In this document: one piece after another, positions 53,418 to 63,298 of the stretch
Numbering within the stretch: the first letter of the stretch is position 1
Layout of the letters: each line of letters begins with the position of its first letter
Assembly (NCBI GenBank): GCA_963664825.1
Contig: OY761614.1
Span: 640,001 to 704,000 of the forward strand
DNA from: an uncultured Holophaga sp.
GTDB lineage: Bacteria > Acidobacteriota > Holophagae > Holophagales > Holophagaceae
Direction of reading: 5' to 3'
Length of the DNA stretch: 64,000 nucleotides
Notes under the pieces: model-generated
Told to the model about the DNA's origin: nothing
Database searches by the model: none
Seen by the model: the letters and a program-made list of their open reading frames with translations, nothing else
Translations under genes and position numbers: made by a program

Positions 53418-53583
53418 GGGCGGGCCATGTTTCAGGGGGAAGCTGTGCTAATTGCTACAGCTCGGAAATCCCGGTTTTCCGGGACCAGGCCTGGGAATAC
53501 CCCCACCCAAAGAGGAGTATTCTCTTCCCCGCGCCCCGCGCATCATATTCCCTGCGACACTGTCGCGACCCAAAGGAGATTCC

Positions 53584-54162
53584 ATGGATCTCAAGAGCTC
53601 CCGAACAGCCCAGAACTTGCTCAAGGCCTTCGCAGGCGAGAGCCAAGCTCGCAACCGCTACACCTTCGCCGCCGGCATTGCCCGCAAGGAGGGCCTGGAG
53701 CACGTGGCCGCCATCTTCGAGGAGACCGCCCTCAACGAAAAGGAACACGCCAAGCTCTTCTACAAACACTTGGCGAGCCTCGCTCCCGGAGCCCTGGAGA
53801 TCACAGCCGGATACCCCATCGTGGCCGGGGATACCGCCGCCCAGCTCCGGGCCGCCGTCAGCGGCGAGAACGAAGAATGGACCGCCCTCTATCCGGAATT
53901 CGCCCGAATCGCCCGTGAGGAGGGCTTCCTGGAGGCGGCCAAGGCCTTCGAATGGATCTCCAAGGTCGAAAAGGAGCACGAGGCCCGCTTCCAGCGCCTC
54001 CTGGATCACGTGGTCAATGGCACCGTCTTCCAGCGGGGCGAGAAGATCTACTGGCGCTGCCGGAACTGCGGCCACATCCACGAGGGCACCACGGCCCCCA
54101 AGGCCTGCCCCGTCTGCCTGCATCCCCAGGCCTACTTCGAACCCGTGGCGGAGAACTTTTAA
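53584..54162 (+). CDS. rbr: Rubrerythrin
   Basis: AFAGESQARNRY, NEKEHA, VEKEHE diiron motifs; CRNCG...CPVCLHP rubredoxin-like domain; AAGGAG RBS. Confidence 0.96.
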   Translation: MDLKSSRTAQNLLKAFAGESQARNRYTFAAGIARKEGLEHVAAIFEETALNEKEHAKLFYKHLASLAPGALEITAGYPIVAGDTAAQLRAAVSGENEEWTALYPEFARIAREEGFLEAAKAFEWISKVEKEHEARFQRLLDHVVNGTVFQRGEKIYWRCRNCGHIHEGTTAPKACPVCLHPQAYFEPVAENF

Positions 54163-54209
54163 CCGAAGCGGGTCCTGCGGTCCGGAGACCCCCTTGATAC
54201 ACCCGTCAC

Positions 54210-54239
54210 AAAGATGGGCGACATCAGTCGCCCATCTTT
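54210..54239. terminator. Perfect 13-bp hairpin after rbr
   Basis: AAAGATGGGCGAC-ATCA-GTCGCCCATCTTT. Confidence 0.65.
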
Positions 54240-54310
54240 CGTGAAGGGGTCTGCCATGCAATCATGTCCTGCAAGGCTCCGCGTGCAGCGGACCCAGTTT
54301 CGAGGTTCCG

Positions 54311-55771
54311 ATGCTGACCTTGCCCCTCATGCAAGCCCTGACCTTCGACGATGTGCTGCTGGTCCCCGGCCCCTCCGAGGTCCACCCCAATCAAGTGGAT
54401 CTGGCCACCCAGCTGACCCGGGAGATCCATCTCCGGATTCCCCTGATCTCCTCGGCCATGGATACCGTCACCGAAGGCCGCCTGGCCATCGCCCTGGCCC
54501 AGCAGGGGGGCCTCGGCATCATCCACAAGAACCTCTCCATCGCGCGCCAGGCCGAGGAAGTCGATCGGGTCAAGCGTTCGGAATCCGGCATGATCACCGA
54601 TCCCATCACCATCCGCCCCGACGCCCCCATCCGGGAGGCCGAGGAGATGATGGCCAAGTTCAAGATCTCCGGCGTCCCCGTGGTGGAAAAGGGAAAGCTG
54701 GTGGGCATCCTCACCAACCGGGATCTCCGCTTCGAGACCAACCTCGATCTCCTGGTCCGGGATCGCATGACCCAGCAGCCGCTGGTGACGGTCTCCGTGG
54801 GCACCACGCTGGAGCAGGCCAAGGTCAAGCTTCAGCAGCACCGCATCGAGAAGCTGCTGGTGGTCGATGACGAAGGCGCCTTGAAGGGCCTCATCACCGT
54901 CAAGGACATCGAGAAGTCCATCAACTACCCCAACGCCTGCAAGGACGCCATGGGCCGCCTGCGGGTCGGCGCCGCCATCGGCGTGGGACACGATCTCCTG
55001 GAGCGCGCCGGAGCTCTCGTGAAGGCCAAGGTCGATGTGCTCTGTCTCGATTCCAGCCACGGGCACGCCAAGGGCGTGCTCGAAGCCGTGCGGCAGATCA
55101 AGCAGGCCTTCCCGGGCACTCAGCTGATCGCGGGCAACGTGGCCACGTACCAGGGCGCCAAGGATCTGATCCTGGCGGGAGCCGACGCCATCAAGGTGGG
55201 CATCGGCCCGGGTTCCATCTGCACCACCCGCATCGTCACCGGCGCCGGCATGCCCCAGGTGACCGCCGTGGCCGAAGCCTCCCGGGCCTGCCGCGAAGGG
55301 GGCGTCCCCTGCATCGCCGACGGCGGCATCAAGTTCAGCGGCGACGTCGCCAAGGCCGTGGCCGCGGGCGCCGACTGCGTGATGATCGGCAGCCTCTTCG
55401 CGGGCACCGAGGAGGCCCCCGGCGAGACCATCTTCTACCAGGGGCGCACCTTCAAGTCCTACCGGGGCATGGGCTCCATCGGCGCCATGAAGCAGGGATC
55501 CAAGGACCGCTACTTCCAGGAGGGCCGAGAGGACGCCAAGCTCGTGCCCGAGGGCATCGAAGGCCAGGTGCCCTACAAGGGCCGGGTCGCCGATCTCGTC
55601 ACCCAGCTCCTGGGCGGGCTGCGGGCGGGCATGGGGCTGGTGGGCGGCAAGAATATCGCCGACTTCCACGCCAAGGCCACCTTCGTGCAGATCACGGGTT
55701 CGGGCCTGCGGGAGAGCCACGCCCACGACGTGATGATCACCAAGGAAGCCCCGAACTACCGCATGGACTAA
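54311..55771 (+). CDS. guaB: IMP dehydrogenase
   Basis: [20 protein letters not shown] pair, [22 protein letters not shown]. Confidence 0.98.
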   Translation: MLTLPLMQALTFDDVLLVPGPSEVHPNQVDLATQLTREIHLRIPLISSAMDTVTEGRLAIALAQQGGLGIIHKNLSIARQAEEVDRVKRSESGMITDPITIRPDAPIREAEEMMAKFKISGVPVVEKGKLVGILTNRDLRFETNLDLLVRDRMTQQPLVTVSVGTTLEQAKVKLQQHRIEKLLVVDDEGALKGLITVKDIEKSINYPNACKDAMGRLRVGAAIGVGHDLLERAGALVKAKVDVLCLDSSHGHAKGVLEAVRQIKQAFPGTQLIAGNVATYQGAKDLILAGADAIKVGIGPGSICTTRIVTGAGMPQVTAVAEASRACREGGVPCIADGGIKFSGDVAKAVAAGADCVMIGSLFAGTEEAPGETIFYQGRTFKSYRGMGSIGAMKQGSKDRYFQEGREDAKLVPEGIEGQVPYKGRVADLVTQLLGGLRAGMGLVGGKNIADFHAKATFVQITGSGLRESHAHDVMITKEAPNYRMD

Positions 55772-55875
55772 CGCGGAGGCGAAGTTCCCTAGGGCCACAA
55801 GGAGTTCCCACCGCCAAGAATGGACAGGGATCAGCAAGCTGCTGAGCCCGCCGTTTCGGCCTCTCTCCCTTTGCG

Positions 55876-55890
55876 CTTCGCGGTGAAAAG
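55876..55890 (-). repeat. Second partial copy of the REP-like element
   Basis: 15-bp identity, inverted, with 48343-48357; lies between convergent genes. Confidence 0.55.
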
Positions 55891-55898
55891 AGCCCTTT

Positions 55899-57803
55899 TC
55901 AGATCCGGAACTTCACGGCCTGATCGCCCCTCACATCCACCGAGTGGGAGCCGCCGCGGCCCTGGATGCTCACGGTATGGGGTCCCTTGACCACACGGAT
56001 GGCCGTGCCGCCATCGCTATCGATGGACGTGAACAGGCCATCGATGATCACGGTCCCGGAGCCGGGGAAGGTCTCCACCGTGATACTGGCCAGGCCCGGC
56101 AGGCTGATGGAACAAGGCTGGCCAGGCTGGATCGTGAGGGTACGAGTCTCCTTGAAGAAGACCTTCGGATTGGAGAGTTCGACCCTGTGTGTCCCGGGGG
56201 GGAGACTCAATTTCCCACTTCCACCCGTCTCACCCAGCTCCCGGCCATCGAGGCGCACGTGCACACTGAATTCGCCGGCCACCTTGAGGAAGCCCGGACT
56301 ATTGGCGTCCACGGTCTTGGCCTCGCCGGTAGTGGCGGCCTCGGCGGGGGAGACCAGGGTATACACCTGGTTTCCGGGGGCCTCGCCCTCCAGGAACTGG
56401 GTGAGCAGCGTCTTCGCCTCCCGGGCATGGGTGAAGGTGATGTCATGGCGCTTGGATTGATCCCAGGCCTTCACATGAAGGGGCGTTGCACCTTCCAGGA
56501 CCCGGCCGTCCATCACGACGGCGGCGCCTTCGGGCAACGTGCGCAGCACTTCCTCGGTGATCCGGGGCTTCAGAGCCAACTTGGGGGCCGTGTCACCCCC
56601 CTGGAAGGTGTAATCGAAGGGTTCGAAGCCCTCCCGGCGCAGCGTCACCTTCTCACCGGCCTTCATGGGATGGGGGACGCCCGTGGGGCCCACTTCCTGC
56701 CCACCCTGGAAGATCTTCGCGGCGGGTTCCACCCGCAGCGTCACGGTGGCGCCCCCCTTCAGGAAGAGCAGATAGCCCCCGGCCCCCAGCGCCACCAGGA
56801 CCAGGGCACCCAGGGCCAAGCGCGGCCCCAGGGCCTTGCGGGGCTTGGGGGGGGGCAGGTACAGGGTCTCCTCGTGGGCCCGGGTGAGGATCGGGGGGGC
56901 CGCCGGACCGCTGAGTTTCAACAGGCCCATGATCTCCATCCGCAGATCCTTGGGCAGTTCGGTGGCGGCCTCCAGCAGGTCCCGGACGAAGGCCGCGCAG
57001 TTCGAATAGCGTTCGTCGGCATTCTTGGCCAGCACCCGAGCGAAGATCCGCTGCCAGCCTTCCGCCAGGAGCCCCAGCACCGGCGGCTTCACCTCCAGGG
57101 GCGGCTCGTTGACGATGCGGTAGAGGATGGTATTGATGGAGGTGCCCGGGAAGGGGAGGGTGCCGGAGAGCATTTCGAAGACCATCACGCCGAAACTGAA
57201 GACATCGGAGCGGATGGTGGCGTGGCCCTCCTTGATCTGCTCGGGGCTCGCATAGCTCGGCGTGCCCAGGAAGGTCCCCGTCTGAGTGAGGCTGGCATCC
57301 TCGCGCTTGGCGATGCCGAAGTCCATGAGCTTGGGCCGCCCTTCCTCGGTGATCATCACATTGCCGGGCTTCACATCCCGGTGGATGATGCCGTGGCTGT
57401 GGGCATGATCCAGGGCCGCGGCGACTCCGGCGGCCATGCGCAGCTTGGTCCCCAGATCCATGGCGAGCAGCTCGCCGGACTTGATGTAGGCGTCCAGAGG
57501 CTTCCCTGCGACGAATTCCATGGCCAGGAAGGGGCCCACCTCGCTATCGCCCACATCATAGATGGTGACGATACCGGGGTCGTTGAGGACACCCGAGACC
57601 TCGGCCTCCCGCTGAAAGCGGAGCAGGAAATCACTGCGATCGCTTTCGCTGCGAAGGGCATCCAGCTTCACGACCTTGATGGCGAGCTTGCGCTTGATCC
57701 GGGGATCCTCAGCCAGGTAGACACTGCCCATGGCCCCAGCCCCCAGGAGGCGCTTGATCTCATAGCGCCCGATCATCCTGGGAAGGTTGTCCGCGTCGTT
57801 CAT
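55899..57803 (-). CDS. Hanks-type Ser/Thr kinase with TM helix and PEGA-like extracytoplasmic repeats
   Basis: LGAGAMGSVY, AIK, HRDVKPGN, DFGIAK, GTPSYASPEQ; TM segment; PEGA-like TLPEGAAVVMDG...TPL. Confidence 0.93.
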   Translation of the reverse strand: MNDADNLPRMIGRYEIKRLLGAGAMGSVYLAEDPRIKRKLAIKVVKLDALRSESDRSDFLLRFQREAEVSGVLNDPGIVTIYDVGDSEVGPFLAMEFVAGKPLDAYIKSGELLAMDLGTKLRMAAGVAAALDHAHSHGIIHRDVKPGNVMITEEGRPKLMDFGIAKREDASLTQTGTFLGTPSYASPEQIKEGHATIRSDVFSFGVMVFEMLSGTLPFPGTSINTILYRIVNEPPLEVKPPVLGLLAEGWQRIFARVLAKNADERYSNCAAFVRDLLEAATELPKDLRMEIMGLLKLSGPAAPPILTRAHEETLYLPPPKPRKALGPRLALGALVLVALGAGGYLLFLKGGATVTLRVEPAAKIFQGGQEVGPTGVPHPMKAGEKVTLRREGFEPFDYTFQGGDTAPKLALKPRITEEVLRTLPEGAAVVMDGRVLEGATPLHVKAWDQSKRHDITFTHAREAKTLLTQFLEGEAPGNQVYTLVSPAEAATTGEAKTVDANSPGFLKVAGEFSVHVRLDGRELGETGGSGKLSLPPGTHRVELSNPKVFFKETRTLTIQPGQPCSISLPGLASITVETFPGSGTVIIDGLFTSIDSDGGTAIRVVKGPHTVSIQGRGGSHSVDVRGDQAVKFRI

Positions 57804-57949
57804 GCCGGCTCGCTTTAAAACTTTCGAAATCCTATCCCGGAAAGGCCTGGGAATCGGTAAAAAATCACAGGGGTTTTTCCAAATAGTGGTGTCAGAATAA
57901 TCCGTCGTCTGCCAGTGTGCAGACTCGATACCGGGGGCTCATTTTCGCC

Positions 57950-59473
57950 ATGGCCATCTTCAAGACATCCATTCTCGTCCTCTACTGGGGCATCCTGACC
58001 GTGCTGAGCATCTACGGTGCGCACCGGCTCTACATGCTCATGCTCTACTTCCGGCACAAGAAGGATGTCCCCCAGCCCAAGGGTGGCCCCGACTATCGCC
58101 CCCATGTGACGGTGCAGCTGGCGGTCTTCAACGAGATGAACGTCGTCGAGCGCCTCATGGACTACGTCGTCAAGATGCGCTGGCCCAAGGAGAAGCTGGA
58201 GATCCAGCTCCTGGACGATTCCACGGATAACACCGTCCAGGTGGCCCAGGCCGTCTGCGACAAGTATCGGGCCCTGGGCTTCGACATCGCCTACATCCAC
58301 CGCGATGACCGCACGGGCTACAAGGCCGGCGCCCTCAACAACGGCCTCAAGAGCGCCAAGGGCGAATTCGTGGCCATGTTCGACGCCGACTTCCTGCCCA
58401 CCGAGGATTTCCTCGAACTGGCCGTGCCCCACTTCGCCGATGACAAGGTCGCCTTCATCCAGGGCTGCTGGGATCACCTCAACCGCGATTTTAATATCCT
58501 CACCCAGGTGCAGGCCATCCTGCTGGACGGCCACTTCGTCTTCGAGCACACGGCCCGCAACCGCTCCAATGCCTTCTTCAACTTCAGCGGCACCGCCGGC
58601 ATGTGGCGCGTTGCGGCCATCGCCGATGCGGGCGGTTGGCAGCATGACACCATCACCGAGGATGCCGATCTCAGCTATCGCGCTCAGCTCAAGGGTTGGC
58701 GGGGCGTCTATCTCAAGGATCTGGTTGTCCCAGCCGAGCTGCCCGTGGAGGTCAACGCCTTCAAGAGCCAGCAGCACCGCTGGGCCAAGGGCAACGCCCA
58801 GGTCATCCGCAAGCTCATGAAGACCATCTGGACCAGCGACGCCAGCCTGCATACCAAGCTGGAGTGCTGGTTCCACCTCTCCGCCAACTGCAACTACATC
58901 CTCATGGTGATCCTCGCGATCATCATGGTGCCCTGCATGATCCTCCGGGCGGGAACCCCCTGGTATGTCCTGATCGCGACCGACGGCCCCTTCTTCCTCC
59001 TCAACGCCGTGAGCGTGGGCGTCTACTTCGGCCTCTCCCAGCGGGAAGTGAAGAACAACAAGGACTGGATCAAGCGCCTGAAATATCTCCCTGGGCTCAT
59101 GAGCCTCGGGATCGGGCTCGGCCTGAACCAAACCAAGGCCGTCTTCGAGGGCTTCTTCACCAACGATATCGAGTTCAAGCGCACTCCCAAACTGGGCGTG
59201 GATGAGAACGGCCACGCCACCACCAGCAGGAAGGCCTACAAGGTGCCCAAGAACCTCATCACCTTCCTGGATCTGGGCTTCGCGGTCTACTATTTCGCGG
59301 CCCTGCTGGGCGCCATCTGGATCCGCAAGTGGGCTTCCGTGCCCTTCCTCTGGCTCTTCTTCAGCGGCTTCTCCTACATCAGCCTGATGTCCCTGGCCGA
59401 TGTTCAGATCTTCCACCGCTTGGCCATGGACGAGCTGGAAGACCCGGAAACCGAACACGACTTCGCCCAGTAA
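57950..59473 (+). CDS. Processive membrane GT2 (cellulose-synthase-like / CslA type)
   Basis: LDDSTD, GYKAGAL, FDADF, TEDAD, QQHRWAKG (D,D,D,QxxRW); C-terminal TM helices. Confidence 0.92.
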   Translation: MAIFKTSILVLYWGILTVLSIYGAHRLYMLMLYFRHKKDVPQPKGGPDYRPHVTVQLAVFNEMNVVERLMDYVVKMRWPKEKLEIQLLDDSTDNTVQVAQAVCDKYRALGFDIAYIHRDDRTGYKAGALNNGLKSAKGEFVAMFDADFLPTEDFLELAVPHFADDKVAFIQGCWDHLNRDFNILTQVQAILLDGHFVFEHTARNRSNAFFNFSGTAGMWRVAAIADAGGWQHDTITEDADLSYRAQLKGWRGVYLKDLVVPAELPVEVNAFKSQQHRWAKGNAQVIRKLMKTIWTSDASLHTKLECWFHLSANCNYILMVILAIIMVPCMILRAGTPWYVLIATDGPFFLLNAVSVGVYFGLSQREVKNNKDWIKRLKYLPGLMSLGIGLGLNQTKAVFEGFFTNDIEFKRTPKLGVDENGHATTSRKAYKVPKNLITFLDLGFAVYYFAALLGAIWIRKWASVPFLWLFFSGFSYISLMSLADVQIFHRLAMDELEDPETEHDFAQ

Positions 59474-59481
59474 CCAAGGAC

Positions 59482-59503
59482 GCGGGGGGCTTCGGCCCCC
59501 CGC
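59482..59503 (+). terminator. GC hairpin after the GT2 gene
   Basis: GCGGGGGGC-TTCG-GCCCCCCGC followed by CTTGTAT. Confidence 0.7.
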
Positions 59504-59510
59504 CTTGTAT

Positions 59511-59795
59511 ATGCCCCGTTCCCGCCGCCCCAGTGCCGTAGCCCTCCGCTACCAGCCCGAAGCCCCCTTCCTGGACGCGGCCCCTCGGCTCGTGGCCAAG
59601 GGCCAAGGCTGCCTGGCCGATCGCATCCTCGAACTGGCCCAGAAGCATGGGGTCCCCATCCAGCGCGACCCCGATTTGCTTGCCACACTGGAACCCCTGG
59701 ACGTCAATCGCCTCATCCCACCGGATCTCTTCCAGGCCGTGGCCGTGGTGCTGGCGGCGCTATACCGGGCGAACGGGAAGGCCACCAAATGTTAG
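59511..59795 (+). CDS. FlhB C-terminal-like (EscU/YscU family) small protein
   Basis: AVALRY...APRLVAKGQG..A.RILELAQKHGVPI...IPPDLFQAVA. Confidence 0.88.
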   Translation: MPRSRRPSAVALRYQPEAPFLDAAPRLVAKGQGCLADRILELAQKHGVPIQRDPDLLATLEPLDVNRLIPPDLFQAVAVVLAALYRANGKATKC

Positions 59796-60637
59796 ACCTC
59801 CACTGCCACTCCCTCTTCAGCGATGGGGTCGACGCCCCGGAGACACTGGCCATCAAGGCTGACGAGATGGGCCTCACGGCCCTGGCCCTCACCGACCACG
59901 ACACGATCGGAGGGCTGCCCCGCTTCCTCGCCGCTCAGCCCAGGGTGAAGACGCGGCTCCTCACCGGCGTGGAGCTGAGCTGTCGATTCCTGGGGCGGGA
60001 GATGCACCTCCTAGGGCTCCTCTTCGACTCGGAAGACGCGCTCTTCCGCGCCCGCATTCAGGAGCTCCGGGAACGCCGCCATACGCGGAACCATTCGCTC
60101 CTCGCCCGCCTCCAGGCCCTGGGCATCCCCATCACCCTACAGGCCCTCAAGGCCTGCGCGCCCACGGATCTGATCTCCCGCACCCATTTCGCCAAGCTGC
60201 TGGCCGCCATGGGCGTGGTCCCCACCCCTCAGGAGGCCCACCGGAGGCTCCTGGGCGAGGGCGGCTCGGCCTTCGTGCCCTTCCAGGAACTGAGCCCCCG
60301 GGAGGCCACCCAGTGGATCCACGAGGCCGGCGGCGTGGCCATCGCGGCCCACCCCGGCCGCTTCAACGGGGGGCGATTCGTCTGGGACGAAGCGATGCTG
60401 GAACTTCGCACCATGGGCCTCGATGGCTTCGAGGCCTACTACAGCGAGTACGGCCCCGAAGAGCAGCGCCGCTTTCTCGCACTGGCCGAGAGGCTCGGCA
60501 TGGCCCCCAGCGGGGGCAGCGACTACCACGGGGCCATGAAGCCTGGCCTGGAACTGGGCCGGGGCCGCGGGAACCTGAAGATTCCCGATTCTGTCCTGAC
60601 CGTCCTTGAAAATTGTCGATCCGGGCGCACGCGATGA
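59789..60637 (+). CDS. PHP-domain phosphoesterase
   Basis: DLHCHS..SDG, ALTDHD, AAHP, GGSDYHG. Confidence 0.93.
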   Translation: MLDLHCHSLFSDGVDAPETLAIKADEMGLTALALTDHDTIGGLPRFLAAQPRVKTRLLTGVELSCRFLGREMHLLGLLFDSEDALFRARIQELRERRHTRNHSLLARLQALGIPITLQALKACAPTDLISRTHFAKLLAAMGVVPTPQEAHRRLLGEGGSAFVPFQELSPREATQWIHEAGGVAIAAHPGRFNGGRFVWDEAMLELRTMGLDGFEAYYSEYGPEEQRRFLALAERLGMAPSGGSDYHGAMKPGLELGRGRGNLKIPDSVLTVLENCRSGRTR

Positions 60638-60673
60638 GGTGGGTATGATGGGGACTGCTCCAAGGGAAGTCCC

Positions 60674-61075
60674 ATGACCCAAAAGATCCTCCTCGTCGAG
60701 GACGATGCGATAAACGTGAAATTCATGAAGATCGTCCTCACCCGCAAGGGCGGCTACGAGGTGCTCGTCAGCGAGGATGTGGACGAGATTCTCGCATTCG
60801 CCCGTTCGGGGGAAGTGGATGCCATCGTCATGGATATCAGCCTCACCCGTTCCACTTTTGAGGGCCACAAGGTGGATGGTGTTTTCATCACCAAGCTCCT
60901 TAAGCAAAACCCTGAGACCGCCAAGGTCCCCGTCATCCTCGCCACGGCCCATACGATGTTTGGCGACCGGGAACGCTTCCTGGCCGAGACCGGCGCGGAG
61001 CACTACATCGCCAAGCCCATCCACGATCCCGATCATTTTCTCGCCGAGGTCCGCAAGGTCCTCCCCGCATCATGA
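60674..61075 (+). CDS. Single-domain response regulator (DivK/CheY-like)
   Basis: ILLVEDD, VMD, TAH, YIAKP. Confidence 0.92.
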   Translation: MTQKILLVEDDAINVKFMKIVLTRKGGYEVLVSEDVDEILAFARSGEVDAIVMDISLTRSTFEGHKVDGVFITKLLKQNPETAKVPVILATAHTMFGDRERFLAETGAEHYIAKPIHDPDHFLAEVRKVLPAS

Positions 61076-61968
61076 AGGGCCGCATCGGCAACCGCGAGAG
61101 CCGTCGCGGCACGAGCCGCCCCCCCAGTAGGACTGGCGCTCCATCCGGCGGTGACGGCCGGGTGGCCTATCGCCTGAGGGTCGAATACGACGGGTCCCGC
61201 TATCACGGATGGCAGAAGCAGGGTGAGCAGCAGACGGCCCAGGGCGTCCGCACCGTCACCGGCACCCTGGAGCGCGTGCTCGAACAGGCGGGCCACCGGG
61301 TCATCACCCTGGGGGGCTCCGGGCGCACGGATGCCGGGGTCCACGCCCTCGGCCAGATCGCCCATCTCCATTTACCCTCGGCCCAGGCCCCCCGACCCCA
61401 TGATCTCCAGCGGATCTTCGACGAGGGCCTGCCTTCGGACCTGGCGGTCGCGGCCATCGAGCCCTGCAGCACCTCTTTTCATGCCCGCCACGATGCCATC
61501 GAGCGGAGCTACCTCTACCAGCTGAGCCTCCGGCGCAGCGCCTTCGGCAAGTCCATGCTCTGGTGGGTCAAGGGGCGCCTTGAACTGGCCCGGTTGGAGG
61601 AGGCCTGGGGCCTCTTCACAGGCAACCATGACGCCACGGCCTTCGCAGATCTGGAGCCCGGCGAGGATCCCCATGTCCAGATCAAGGGCTGCGAACTGAA
61701 GATCGAAGGCTCCCTGGTGTTGCTGCGCCTGACGGCGGGTTTCTTCCTCCGGCGCCAGGCCCGCCGGATGGTCGGCGCGGCCGTGGCATGCGCCCAGGGC
61801 AAGGAAAGGCCCGCCCAAATCCTGAAGGACCTGGAGCACCCCACCCCCCAAGCCACCCTCCATTGGGCGGAGAAGGCGGCCCCCTCTTCCGGTCTGTTCC
61901 TGGAGCGGGTGCGCTATGCGGGAGACCCCGAGAACACTCCGCTGGCGCCCATCCTGAGAGTGCTCTAG
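61072..61968 (+). CDS. truA: tRNA pseudouridine(38-40) synthase
   Basis: EYDGSRYHGWQ, GSGRTDAGVHA, FHAR, RRMVG. Confidence 0.92.
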   Translation: MKGRIGNRESRRGTSRPPSRTGAPSGGDGRVAYRLRVEYDGSRYHGWQKQGEQQTAQGVRTVTGTLERVLEQAGHRVITLGGSGRTDAGVHALGQIAHLHLPSAQAPRPHDLQRIFDEGLPSDLAVAAIEPCSTSFHARHDAIERSYLYQLSLRRSAFGKSMLWWVKGRLELARLEEAWGLFTGNHDATAFADLEPGEDPHVQIKGCELKIEGSLVLLRLTAGFFLRRQARRMVGAAVACAQGKERPAQILKDLEHPTPQATLHWAEKAAPSSGLFLERVRYAGDPENTPLAPILRVL

Positions 61969-61998
61969 TCCTGAAGTGTGGTCACAGAAGGACCCGAG

Positions 61999-63222
61999 CT
62001 AGAGCAGTTCCTTGGACCGCACGGTCAGATTGGCCAGCAGCAGCCCCATCAGCATGGCCACGGCGAGGAAGACCATCTGGAAGGCCGTATCCAGTCCGGT
62101 GAGGATCTGTTTGTTCATCACGTAGTCGAGGCTGCGGAAACCGACGCTGCCCGGCACCAGCAGCATGATCCCCGGCAGGAGCGTCACCCAGGGGGGACGT
62201 TCCCGCAGCTTGGCCAGGAGATGGCTCCCCGAACCCAGGACCCAGGCCCCCAACCCTGCCCCGAAGGGCCCGCCCAGGAAATGAGCGCCGAGGCGCGCCG
62301 CAAAGAAACCCACCACGCAGGCGATGACGATCCAGAACGCATCGTCGGGCATGGCCTGGAAGATCACCAGGAAGGCCATGGCCCACACCACCAGGGCCGG
62401 CAGCAGGATCCACAGGGGTGTGACCTCCAGGAGGGGTGCCACCACAGGCCCGGTGACGAGCTGCCCCAGGCGCTGACCCAGGGCCACGCCGAAGGCCAGC
62501 TGGAGGAAGATCATCCCCACCCCGGCCAGCCGGGCCGTGCCCGCCACCAGATTGCTGGTGGCCAGTTCGTTCATGGCCACCAGGAAACCCAGCCCCGGCA
62601 CCAGCACGATGAGCCCCGCCAGGGTGGGCACGGAGGCCGAGAGGGAGGGCACCCATCGCGCCGCCAGGAGCGAAAGGAAGGCCACGAAGCCCGCCGCCAC
62701 GAGATTGAAGAGGTACCCGAGGGTGCGGTTCTTCCGGGAGCGGGCCTCTAGCAGGCCCGTGAGGAGCCCCAGCACCAGGGCCAACAGAGCCTCGCGCCAG
62801 GCGCCCCCGAAAAACCACACGGCGCTGGCCGAGGCCGCACCGTAGGCCAGCACACGCGGGGTCTGTCCGTAGCGGGGTCTGGAGTTCACCAGGAGGCGCA
62901 GGGCTTCGGAGGCCTGGGAGGCATCCAGACGGCCTTCCAGAACAGAATCGGTGATCCACTGCAGCTTGGTGAGCTTCTCCAGTTCCATATCACCGTTGGG
63001 GGCGCGCTCCACCGTGGTGCGCTGGAACTGCTCGCCGGAGATGGTGGCCAGGAAGCCCGTCGGGAAGGCGAAGAACTGACCCTGCAGGCCGAAGCGACGA
63101 CAGATCCTGGAGAGGGTGGCCTCCAGGCGATGGGCGGGTGTCCCGAAGGCCTGGAGGCAACGCCCCAGCTCCAGGCAGAATTCCACCTCGGAGGGCACGG
63201 GGGATTGAGGCTGGGTCTCCAT
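61999..63222 (-). CDS. ThrE-family threonine/serine exporter
   Basis: GTPAHRLE, FAFPT, LVPGL..., LLVPGS; about 10 TM helices. Start METQP. Confidence 0.88.
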   Translation of the reverse strand: METQPQSPVPSEVEFCLELGRCLQAFGTPAHRLEATLSRICRRFGLQGQFFAFPTGFLATISGEQFQRTTVERAPNGDMELEKLTKLQWITDSVLEGRLDASQASEALRLLVNSRPRYGQTPRVLAYGAASASAVWFFGGAWREALLALVLGLLTGLLEARSRKNRTLGYLFNLVAAGFVAFLSLLAARWVPSLSASVPTLAGLIVLVPGLGFLVAMNELATSNLVAGTARLAGVGMIFLQLAFGVALGQRLGQLVTGPVVAPLLEVTPLWILLPALVVWAMAFLVIFQAMPDDAFWIVIACVVGFFAARLGAHFLGGPFGAGLGAWVLGSGSHLLAKLRERPPWVTLLPGIMLLVPGSVGFRSLDYVMNKQILTGLDTAFQMVFLAVAMLMGLLLANLTVRSKELL

Positions 63223-63298
63223 GGGCGGATTGTAGCGCGGGCGCGGTGATCCTTGTCGCAGGGGAACGCGACTAGCCTTGAGGACTAAGGGAGGCACC

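Noticed and set aside
53413..53428. sigma54 promoter with NifA UAS for nifJ (TGGCCCGCCCTTGC plus TGT-N10-ACA)
   Set aside because: Spacing is GG-N9-GC rather than the obligatory N10; a sigma70 TTGCCA-N17-TAGACT fits better.
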